The notes under the pieces: model-generated
Database searches by the model: none
Told to the model about the DNA's origin: nothing
The model's input: only the letters and a program-made list of their open reading frames with translations
From: Psammoneis japonica
Lineage: Eukaryota
Length of the DNA: 56,350 nt
NCBI GenBank assembly: GCA_008632985.1
Contig: QPGO01000064.1
Coordinates: 372,001-428,350 of the forward strand
Direction: 5' to 3'
Translations under genes and position numbers: made by a program
Part shown: piece after piece, positions 46,385 through 56,350 of the stretch
Numbering within the stretch: position 1 is the first letter of the stretch
Layout: every line of letters begins with the position of its first letter

Positions 46385-46780
46385 GACGCGTTCCAGACGT
46401 AGGTGGGAATCCGTGTGACATTGGGCCCGTAGACTTCTACGTGCGAGCTCCGTAGTAAAATTATACGGTAATTAAAATGTCAATGATCGCCAACAGAAAA
46501 TGAGGCAATTTTGCGAACGCACAAACTCGCACATGATTGAAGTACATCATTTTTTACTTAGCCAGTTACATTCTTCAGACATTGAAGAATGTAACTGGCG
46601 CATTATTGTTTCTATAAATTTGTTATATAAAACGTCTGGGGCTTCGCAAAACAGCGAGTCTGGACAATTTTTTTTAAATATCACACGTAGAAATCTACGT
46701 ACGAAACATACGACGGATGATAAAAATTATTGTTGTCACACGTCAGCACTACGAGCTCCCACCTAGGGCTGGAACGCGTC
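46385..46780 (+). mobile_element. MITE copy A (24-bp TIR, 4-bp TSD CACA)
   Basis: caca|gacgcgttccagacgtaggtggga ... tcccacctagggctggaacgcgtc|caca. Confidence 0.92.
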
Positions 46781-47439
46781 CACAACGTTCGCCAAGCGAC
46801 CACCAAGTCAACCTGCCGTTTCTCACCAAATCGCTTTCGCACCCTCAGAATCACTGTTTCAGACAGCCCCTTTGAAGTGTTGCATCCGCCATCATCTCAT
46901 TGGGTGGAATGCTGTGAGGGGCCATCTCGAACAACAACATGGTTGAGATGTTAAAAACAATGTCGACACCTGACCAACAAACATGCCGTTTTGCACCATG
47001 TCGCTTTCGCACACTCAGGATCAACGTGAAAAGATGTGCATTTGATGCCATCATGTCCACAGTCATCGAATCAGGCGAGGGGCTCCGAGTTGCAATTTTT
47101 GGCAGCAGTTTCATCAAGCAATTTTGAAATGTCTGCGCATGACCTCATGTCTCGTCTGAACATCACACCGTCATCCAAATGGCACCTTCACGAGAAACAG
47201 TTTCATTGCACGCTGGAAACAAAGACCACAGAGACTCAATCTATCAGCAAACAACTTGCTGTCATGATGGAAGCTCTGAGAAAAGGATTTTTGGGCTCTT
47301 GGACTCTGAGATGTTGAGAGCGATCCATCCCGAGTTCACGACAAGCAACAAGCATTCCAACACTGCGTTTTTGGCCATGTCAACAGGAAGAGCGCCACCC
47401 AAGAGAGGCATGTTGTGGAGAGCAATGGGTGGTTGGACA

Positions 47440-48490
47440 TGGTTGGAGAAACACGGTGCTGCAGCAGCAGTCGTGGCAGACGCGTTCCAGGTCTAGGTGG
47501 GACCTCGTACTGCTGAACTGTGACATCGACAGTTTTTTGAGTCTCGTCGTATGTCGCGCACGTAGATTTCTACGTGATTTTTTCGACATTTTGTGTCATT
47601 TTACGGTGCACTTGTTGAGCGATCCGTCCAACAACTTTTGACATTTTTTGTTGCAGCGCGATTCTACAATGTCCTTAAGAATCGCGCAGGGCAGGCGAAG
47701 TTGCAAAAACGTCGAGTGGCAAGAGGCACAATTGTGCCACAAACTTGGCCGTTTATTTGATGTTGAAGACAAATGTGTCCATTAATTAAATTCTCGTACT
47801 ACGGAGCTCGCACGTAGAATTCCATGGGCCCAATGTCACAAGGAGTCCCACCTGGGGCTGGAATGCGTCGGCATTTGATGAACAAGGACAAGCAGCGGCC
47901 GAGGAGGACAAGGTTTGGACATGCAAGCGCTGGCACGACATTCACAAAGTGGGTGCAGACATTGTGTGTGATCCCAATGCATTGGCAATTGGCGCCGGCA
48001 TGGAGGAACACGCCAGCTGCAAGTCGACTTCATTGACGCAACAAAGACCATCAAGGAACGGTGTCCGCACGCAAAGGTCATCGGTGGCAGTTTGAACCTT
48101 TTGTTTGGATTCCGAGGAGCAATGAAAATCCGCGAATCAATTCATGCGGTGTTCTTGAATGATGCAATCCTTGAATCTGGAATGGATTTTGGTGTCATGA
48201 ACGCGAAGGAAATGCTTGCTGTCAATGAATTGGACGACGACACCAGGGTGCCATGCGAGAATCTCGTGCTCAACAAGACCGAGGATGAGACAGACGAGAT
48301 GCCAAAGCAAACAGAGCACAAAAGAGCATGCATTGATGCCAGAAAGAAGGGCTTGCCTCTGCCTTGGAAGCCCCATGGCAAACCTGCAAACAAGCCATGC
48401 CTTGCACTCTCTTGTGACAAAGTCATCTCCAAACCTGCCATCGAACCGCCTCTGCCGATGCCAACATCAGAAGCTGCAAAGAATCATGTC
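47440..48490 (+). pseudogene. METH: B12-dependent methionine synthase fragment (pterin-binding domain)
   Basis: KHGAAAAVVA[MITE]FDEQGQAAAEEDKVWTCKR...DPNALAIGAGMEEH...VDFIDATKTIKERCPHAKVIGGSLNLLFGFRGAMKIRESIHAVFL...SGMDFGVMNA. Confidence 0.9.
47479..47869 (-). mobile_element. MITE copy B (TSD GGCA), inserted in the METH pseudogene
   Basis: ggca|gacgcgttccaggtctaggtggga ... tcccacctggggctggaatgcgtc|ggca. Confidence 0.92.
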
Positions 48491-48589
48491 CTGAACAGAC
48501 AAGTGGAAAGAACAAAATGGCAGAGCTCATTGTGCTTTGAAATGAGAACTTGGTTCCACTGTGAAATGGGCGTGCATTGGCACTCGACG

Positions 48590-49030
48590 GATTTTTACAC
48601 GGTGAAGTGCGGCAAAAGAGAGAAAGATGCTGTTGATCATTCTGCAACTGGAGAGACAGCTGAAGTGGTGGATGCATTGTCAGAGACGTGATTGATTCTG
48701 CTTTTGATGTTGGTCACTTTTGGTGTCATGATGGCCGCAGTGTCACTCCAAAACTGCAAACGAGACATCAAGGATTTTCAGTCGTGATTGCACGGTGAAG
48801 CATGGCAAAAGCAACAAAAGCGCTGTTTCACGTTCTTTCCAACTGCGGAGTCAGGTGACTTGGTGGATGCATTGTCAGAGACGCGAGAGCCTCTGCTTTT
48901 GATGTTGGCCAGCACTGGCATGACAAAAGTTGCAGCAACACTCCAAAGCTGCAAACGAGCAACGGCAGGATTTTCGAAAAATCGAAATGTTTTCAGTCGT
49001 GATTGCACGGCAAAGCACGGGAAAATGGTG
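48590..49030. repeat. Degenerate ~195-bp tandem repeat (~2.2 units)
   Basis: cacggtgaag...tggtggatgcattgtcagagacg...ctgcttttgatgttgg...ctgcaaacgag recurs. Confidence 0.75.
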
Positions 49031-49199
49031 GTCACTTCATCGATCTCGTTGACGACAAATGCAAGGCAAATGAAAAAGTTGCCCCCCACTTTAAGACCAC
49101 CGCAACACCCTCCATCGACTGAGGTGACTCTCGTTTCGATCCAAGAAAATTCGTCTCTGCATGATTTCTGCAGCGTCCCCTCCCACAGCTGCAGCCAAG

Positions 49200-49598
49200 G
49201 ACGCGCTCCAGCCCTGGGTGGGACTCCGTGTGACATTGGGCCCGCAGAATTCTACGTGTGAGCTCCGCAGCACGAGAATTTAATCAATGGATGTGTTTGT
49301 CTTCAACATCAAATGAACGGCCAAGTTTGTGGTGCAATTGTGCCTCTTGCCACTCAACGTTTTTGCAACTTCGCCTGCCCTGTGCGATTCTTAAGACATT
49401 GTAGAATCGCGCTGCAACAAAAAATGTCAAAAGTTGTTGGACGGGATCCGCTCAACAAGTGCACCGTAAAATGACACAAAATGTCAAAAAAATCACGTAG
49501 AAATCTGCGTGCGCGACATACGACGAGACTCAAAAAACTGTCGATGTCACAGTTCAGTGGTGTGAGGGCGGTCCCACCTGGCAGACCTGGAACGCGTC
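49200..49598 (+). mobile_element. MITE copy C (TSD CAAG), close inverted relative of copy B
   Basis: caag|gacgcgctccagccctgggtggga ... tcccacctggcagacctggaacgcgtc|caag. Confidence 0.92.
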
Positions 49599-50264
49599 CA
49601 AGACTGTTTGCTGAGCTGCCAGCTGAGATGTCAAACTTGAGGTTGTGAGCTCCCAGAGCTGCAAGTCACAGGGCAGAGCATGTTTCTGGAACTGGCAGCA
49701 CAATGCAGAGCCCTTCCTCAGCTTTCCGGGGTGCGCCCAGACCTCCAGAACACTGGCTGGCCTGTCCCAGCTCCAGGTGATCTGCTTTTCATTGTGCTGG
49801 ATTGTCTGCACAGCCAGTTTTCAGCGCCAGACATTTTTGTCTCCACCCGGCAGAGCTCGCACTTTTTGGCTTTTTGTGAACATCAATTGTTTCGATGATG
49901 CAATGCACTCATGATGTCAATGCTCATCTGCAACAACTGAGGTGTGTGTTGCGATGCAGGAAGAATCGTGTCAGTTGGCATTCAATGTTTTTCTGGCAAT
50001 GTGTGGAACAATGCTGCTGACTTCTGTGAACATGTGCCATCCACCCAACACCACCCAACACACGCACCAACTGTGACGCAGCAGGCCCACACCACTGCTG
50101 TCGCCACTCCACAACCCCCTCTTTGCCCTTGTGGTCACATGGAACCGTCTGCTCCTTTTGTTTCAAAGGTGTGACATTGTCGCCACAATGCGGTTGCGGC
50201 TCTAAAGAGTTGCTGTGTCATTGCGGACAATGCCATCTCTTCACATTCTCTTGTTTTGAACTCG

Positions 50265-52300
50265 GCAAGGTCCTTGAAAGAACTGTTTGTTTTCCTTCCT
50301 TGAAACAACGTGTTTGATTCCTTGAAAAGACATGTTTGTTTTCCTTAAAATGACGTGTTTGTTTTCCATGAAACAACATGATTGTTTTCCTTGAAACGAC
50401 GTGTTTGTCATGTTTGTTTTCCTTGAAAAGACGTGTTTGTTTTCCTTCCTTGAAACAACATGATTGTTTTCCTTGAAACAACATGTTTGTTTTCCTTGAA
50501 AAAACGTGTTTGTTTTCCTTGAAAAGACATGTTTGTTTTCTTTGCAATTTGAGTGGACATGTTTGTTTTCCTTGAAAGAACTTGTTTGTTTTCCTTCCTT
50601 GAAACAACACATTTGTTTTCCTTAAAAAGACATGTTTGTTCTCCTTGAAACGACATGTTTGTTTTCCTTGAAAAGACGTGTTTGTTTTCCTTGAAAAGAC
50701 ACGCTTGTTTTCCTTGAAAAAACATGTTTGTTTCCATTGAAACCACTTGTTTGTTTTCCTTGAAAGAACATGTTTGTTTTCCTTGAAACAACCTGGTTGT
50801 TTTCCTTGAAATGACGTGTTTGTTCATCTTGAAACAATGTGTTTGTTTTCCTTGAAATGACTTGTTTGTTTTCCTTGAAACAACATGTTTGTTTTCCTTC
50901 CTTGAAAAGGAAATGTTTGTTTTCCTTGAAACGACATGTTTGTTTTCCATCAAATGACATGTTTGTTTTCCTTGAAATGACATGTTTGTTTTCCTTGAAA
51001 CAACATGATTGTTTTCCTTGAAACAACATGTTTGTTGTCCTTGAAAGCACTTGTTTGTTTTCCTTCCTTGAAATGACACATTTCATTTTCTTTGAAAAGA
51101 CATGTTTGTTTTCCTTGAAACGACATGTTTGTTTTCCTTGAAAGAACATGTTTGTTTTCCTTGAAACAACATGGTTGCTTTCCTTGAAATGACGTGTTTG
51201 TTCATCTTGAAACAATGTGTTTGTTTTCCTTGAAATGACTTGTTTGTTTTCCTTGAAACAACATGTTTGTTTTCCTTCCTTGAAAAGGAAATGTTTGTTT
51301 TCCTTGAAACGACATGTTTGTTTTCCATCAAATGACATGTTTGTTTTCCTTGAAATGACATGTTTGTTTTCCTTGAAACAACATGATTGTTTTCCTTGAA
51401 ACAACATGTTTGTTGTCCTTGAAAGCACTTGTTTGTTTTCCTTCCTTGAAATGACACATTTCATTTTCTTTGAAAAGACATGTTTGTTTTCCTTGAAACG
51501 ACATGTTTGTTTTCCTTGAAAGAACATGTTTGTTTTTCCTTGAAATGACGTGTTTGTTTTCCTTGAAAGAACATGTTTGTTTTCCTTGAAACAGCTTGTT
51601 TGTTTTCCTTGAAACGACATGTTTGTTTTCTTTGAAACAACATGTTTGTTTTCCCTGAAACAACATGTTTGTTTTCCTTGAAGAGACATGTTTGTTTTCC
51701 TTGCAATTTAAAAAGACATGTTTGTTTTCCTTGAAAGAACTTGTTTGTTTTCCTTCCTTGAAACAACACGTTTGTTTTCCTTGAAAAGACGTGTTTGTTT
51801 TCCTTGAAATGACGTGTTTGTTTTCCTTGAAATGACGTGTTTGTTTTCCTTCAAACAACATGTTTGTTTTCCTTGCAATTTAAAAAGACATGTTCGTTTT
51901 CCTTGAAAGAACTTGTTTGTTTTCCTTGAAACAACATGTTTGTTTCACTTGAAACAACATGTTTGTTTTCCTTGAAATGACATGTTTGTTTTCCTTGAAA
52001 AGACATGTTTCTTTTCCTTGAAACAATGTGTTTGTTTTTCTTGAAACAACATGTTTGTTTTCTTTGAAACAACATGTTTGTTTTCCCTGAAACAACATGT
52101 TTGTTTTCCTTGAAGAGAATGTTTGTTTTCCTTGAAAAGATATGTTTGTTTTCCATGAAACTGCTTCATTGTTTTCCTTGAAACCACTTGTTTGTTTTTC
52201 TTGAAAGAACCTGTTTGCTTTCCTTGAAAAGTCACGCTTGCTTTCCTTGAAAAGACATGTTTGCTTTCCTTGAAAAGACATGTTTGTTTTCCTTGAAAAG
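50265..52300 (-). repeat. 23-bp satellite array with a 378-bp higher-order duplication
   Basis: Unit tgtttgttttccttgaaa+(caaca/cgaca/tgaca/agaca/gaaca). Identical ORFs at 50839 and 51217 are offset by 378 bp. Confidence 0.95.
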
Positions 52301-52311
52301 AAAAAAAAACC

Positions 52312-53520
52312 GTGCCCATGCACAGATTGCCACTGCAAAGTGCGCCAGATGGGGTTGTCACACTTTTGACCAGTGCGCTCAACGCCATCAGATGGCTCAA
52401 ACGACTTGTCCTGGCTCAATGAGCCGGTGGCCAAGACAAAGAAGGTCTCTGACTTTCTCAAGGGTGTCTCCGACCCTGGGTTGGAGACTGGTGAGAGTGC
52501 AGTGGACGGAGATCCAACAAAGCCAGCAGATTTCAAAGCATGCCAGCAGCATGTGAAGACTCTGGCAGAGAATGCCAAGAACCGCAATGCTGGTGCTCAC
52601 GGAGTCACATCCGTCCAATGCTGCAACAACCGGCACAGAAACCCTGGTGGCAAGCACCAACCTAAAAAGGACAAGCCCAGGATCTGGGCAGGCCATTGCC
52701 CCATTGAAGAGTGGAGTGCTCTTGGCCGTCCTGAGCAAGAGCAAGTTGAGAAGCTCCACAAGGCCAAGAAAGCCGAGAAGAAACACAAAGCCTCAGCTGC
52801 ATCCTCGGAGGCTGAGTCAGTCAATGCCGACACTCGTGCTGTGAAAAAGGTGGCTGTTGCCAAGCCTCAACCTGCTGATGAACAAAAGGACTCCAAAGAG
52901 TCAGGTGGGCTGCCTGCTGCCAATGCAGGCACGCAGTTTAGACGCAGTGCACATGAGAAACCTCAGAAGGAGGAGTGAACAGTTGCGCCAGCACCAAAAG
53001 GCATGGAACCAACTGTTGCTGCACCTGCTGGCACTGTGCATTCATCCAGGCGATTCCCAACAGACACACGTGTCTCTTTGTCATCTGCTGGACATTCAGA
53101 TGGTGAAGCAACCAACAACTTGGACTCGCACGCTGATGCATGTGCTGTTGGGTCCAATTTTGTCATGTGCTCTGATGTCGACTGCACTGTTGCAGCACAT
53201 CCTTGCTCCAAAGAGTGCGCGCCAATGAGGAATGTTCCCATTTGCATGACTGCTGCCATGTGGGTTGATCAAACCAATGGACAGCCACACCTGCTGCCAG
53301 TCCATGAGGCTGTGTTTTTTGGGGACAGAATGACTGACACCCTGCTGTCCACGACACCCCTCGCCAGTTTGATCCCAACAGCACACACTCTGTTGTTTTC
53401 CTTGACTCAAAAATCTGGGTGCCTTTGCACATGCGAGGTGTTGCTTTGGTCTTTGACCCACATGATCCAACTCAGAAGGATCTGGAGAACCTCCCCCGGC
53501 TGGAACTCGCATCACCCCTC
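52312..53520 (+). mobile_element. Decayed Ty1/copia (CoDi-like) gag-protease remnant
   Basis: EPVAKTKKVSDFLKGVSDP...DFKACQQHVKTL. LDSHADACAVGSN...VPI...HEAVFFGDRMTDTLL. Confidence 0.8.
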
Positions 53521-53529
53521 ACTGTGCTT

Positions 53530-55110
53530 TGAAGTGGGGATGCTTGCGCAACCGCTGGAAAGACATTGTCAACGTGATGATCTTTAAAGAACCAGGGAAC
53601 AACAAAGTCCATCGACTGCAGGTCACAAACATGTGTGAAGCAGACCATCAAATCATCACGAGTGTGAAATGGCAAGAATTGGCACAGCAAATGGAGCACC
53701 ACTGGATGTGCAATCCCGGCATTTGTGGATGCCGCTCATTCCTTTCTGCCCAGACTCCTGTGTTTCTTGAGAACTTGACATCAGAAATGTCGTGAGCTTC
53801 TCGAAAGACAGCGCCAATGAGTGATGATGATTGTGCCTCTTGCTTTGACAGAAACATTCCCGTGCTGGTCGGACTTTGCTCTTGGAGAACAGCGTGCACT
53901 CACAAGTTGTTGAAGTTGACATGGGCACTCTGTGTCATGCCAGGCACTGGCTGCAAACCCTGCTGGGCTCAATTCAGCTGAGTTGTTCCCACACAGAAGA
54001 TTTGCCTCTGTGCGGCACAGGGCAAGGTGGTGGAAATTCCCCATGGCATTGGAACACCCTCTGCAACCGTCTTTTTGACATTTTTGATGCCAGAGCGATT
54101 GGAGCTCATTTTGAAACCCCTGACGGCCAATTTTACATCCGAGTCTTTAACCGAGGATGCGCAGATGATGCGTCCAAACAAGCCAATGACTGCCGAGCAA
54201 GTCCTCTGCCTTCGGCGTTTGATCTGTCCTTTTCTTTGCAACAGGAGAGTCAACTCCCAAGTCCCACTCTGGCACTCAACTCTCAGACTCAGTTGAAGAA
54301 ACTCCAACACAAGAGTGACACTGGCTGCAGCTCTTTTCCTTTGATCTTGTCCACTTGATCATGCGGGAACATGGAGATGCTGCTGTGCATGTCATCTCTC
54401 CTCAATGACCTGTGTTCTCCCTGACTCAACCTTTCTCCCTGAAGAGTTGCTCACCACTCAACAGAAAGCAATGCGGGTCACATTTGCCAAATGTGGGTGC
54501 AACTGAAGCACAAAAAAACTCATCTTGTGTGGTCCACAAGCTCTTGGCAGCAATGGTTTTTGATCGCCAGACATCAAACAAGGAGTTGCTCAATTGCAAA
54601 TGCTGCTCAAGCATTCCAGAGGTGTCACACATCTTCATCTGGGAGAGGATCAACCCCACAAATTGCTGCACATTGCAGTCTCATGGATCTAGCTGAACTT
54701 GGGGACAGGCGTGAGCTTCTTGTGGGGTGCAGATGCTGTTCTCCCGCACATGGAATCATGTTGGTTTGCATCCGTTTGTGCGTTCTTGCACGGGATTCAA
54801 GGGAAAGTTTGCCTGACACACTCTGGAGTCCTCCCTCTCCAATGAGACAACAACCAGCACATCATGGATGCTGCACTCCAGCCCCAACTCTTTTCTCAGC
54901 GTGAGGTCCAATGGACCAATTGTTGTTTGCATCTGCAGGTGTTGTCCTTGTCTGATGTTGCTCTGGCAGATGACTTGACATTGGATGCTGCAAAGATGGC
55001 AGGAGATCCTTTGCTCCAGAGTGGTGCCAGAACTATGAACAACATTGAGCAGCAGAAACCAGAGACAAGAGCCTGGGCAGCGTGGAGAAAAGTTCTGCGC
55101 TTTCTTGTGA
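53530..55110 (+). mobile_element. Decayed non-LTR retrotransposon RT remnant (Ambal-like)
   Basis: RWKDIVNVMIFKEPGNNKVHRL..EAD, DDDCASCFDR, GTGQGGGNSP, GCADD, NCCLHLQVLSLSD, WAAWRKVL. Confidence 0.85.
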
Positions 55111-55690
55111 TGTCATTTCAAGGAAAACAAACATGTTGTTTCAAGGAAAACAAACGTGTTGTTTCATGGAAAACAAACGTGTTGTTTCAAGGAAAACAAA
55201 CATGTCATTTCAAGGAAAACAAACATGTCATTTCAAGGAAAACAAACATGTTGTTTCAAGGAAAACAAATGTGTTGTTTCGCGGAAAACAAACGTGTTGT
55301 TTCACAGAAAACAAACATGCCATTTCAAGAAAAACAAACATGTCATTTCAAGGAAAAAAACATGTCATTTCAAGGAAACAAACGTGTCATTTCAAGGAAG
55401 GAAAACAAACAAGTTCTTTCAAGGAAAACAAAGATGTCTTTGTGACGAAAACAAACATGTCTTTTCAAGGAAAACAAACATGTTGTTTTGAAGGAAAACA
55501 AATGAGTTCTTGCAAGGAAAACAAACAAGTTGTTGCAAACAAAAGAAACAAGTTGTTGCAAGGAAAACAAACATGTCTTTTCAAGGAAAACAAACATGTT
55601 GTTTCAAGGAAAACAAACATGTTGTTTCACGGAAAACAAACAAGTTGTTGCAAGGAAAACAAACATGTCGCTTCAAGGAAAACAAACATG
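55110..55690 (+). repeat. Second array of the same 23-bp satellite, inverted orientation
   Basis: Unit tttcaaggaaaacaaacatgttg. Confidence 0.95.
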
Positions 55691-55799
55691 CAAAAAAGAA
55701 AAAAGAGAAAATCTGTTGGCAGCGCTGCCAGCGAAACATGTTGTTCACAAACACATGCCTCTGACACAAAGAACACTTTTCCACGATGCTGTGTTGCTG

Positions 55800-56350
55800 A
55801 GATTGGCACCATGTTGTGCTTGCAGCCTGCTCTTGGTTTGCTTGGAGAGAGAAGGCAGATGCAATGTTCCCAACAAATGTGCTGAGGATGGCTTTGCTTT
55901 TGGAATTTGGTTGGACAACCAATGGCCACAAAACACAAGCTCGGCAAGCTCAACATTGAAAAAGAAGAAAAAGTTGAGGAGGCTGGTGTTGAGTGGCTCA
56001 TGTGGGAAAATCAATTGGGCACAATGCCCTCTCTTCTCAAGCAACTCACAAAATGGGAGGGACTTTGTAACATGCCAAGGGGCCACAAAGAGGATGGGGA
56101 GAACCTTGGAAAATGGTCAAGTGACCAATGGGATGCCACAAGGAAAAGGAAACTTGATGCTTCTCAACAGGAATGACTGAAGAAGGCCAGAGCCAAGTGG
56201 GACATTCTTGCTGAGCATCGGGAGACTGTGTTTTCTCTTCTCAAACAGTTTGTGGTGCATGAGGGAAGCTGCAAAGTGCCCCATTGTCACACTGAAAATG
56301 GAGAGAGACTTGGACATTGGCTGGACATGCAAAAGCAAGCATGGAAGGCT
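55800..56350 (+). pseudogene. Helicase-associated (HA) domain repeat gene, decayed, runs off the window
   Basis: EREGRCNVP...GIWLDNQ; WEGLCNMPRGHKEDGENLGKWSSDQ; HEGSCKVP...GERLGHWLDMQ. Frameshift and stop codon. Confidence 0.85.

Larger units (their letters stand above)
44296..56350. other. TpA-depleted block 4: nested TE/pseudogene/satellite graveyard
   Basis: TA nearly absent except inside the three MITE copies. Confidence 0.88.

Noticed and set aside
50265..52300. CRISPR-like constant repeat with variable part
   Set aside because: The variable part is only ~5 bp and recurrent, there are no cas genes, and the context is eukaryotic. It is a satellite.
50218..52587. Long KQTCCFKENKHVVSRKTN repeat ORFs
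   Set aside because: Translation of a stop-free 23-bp satellite in all frames
1..56350. Alternative genetic code or classical RIP as the explanation for the composition
   Set aside because: Intact genes use TAA/TAG/TGA and Tyr normally. RIP would enrich TpA rather than deplete it.

Overview
Eukaryotic DNA, most likely from a pennate diatom: short GT-AG introns, ASAF-type plastid presequences, CoDi-like copia and Ambal-like LINE remnants. About 15 intact or near-intact genes lie between 4.1 and 44.0 kb. They alternate with four sharply bounded blocks (1-3876, ~6940-8826, ~36645-37810, ~44296-56350) that have lost almost all TpA dinucleotides and hold only dead TEs, satellites and pseudogenes. 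Paralog pairs inside the window (an MBOAT gene vs its decayed copy; three copies of a MITE) show directional TpA->CpA/TpG conversion alongside CpG->TpG/CpA. This looks like a regional 'reverse-RIP' mutagenesis. The second highlight is a head-to-head pair of an atypical protein kinase and a TIR-SH2 fusion gene, sitting between the two halves of a broken MBOAT duplicate. All calls are by-eye motif recognition; no searches or counts were run.
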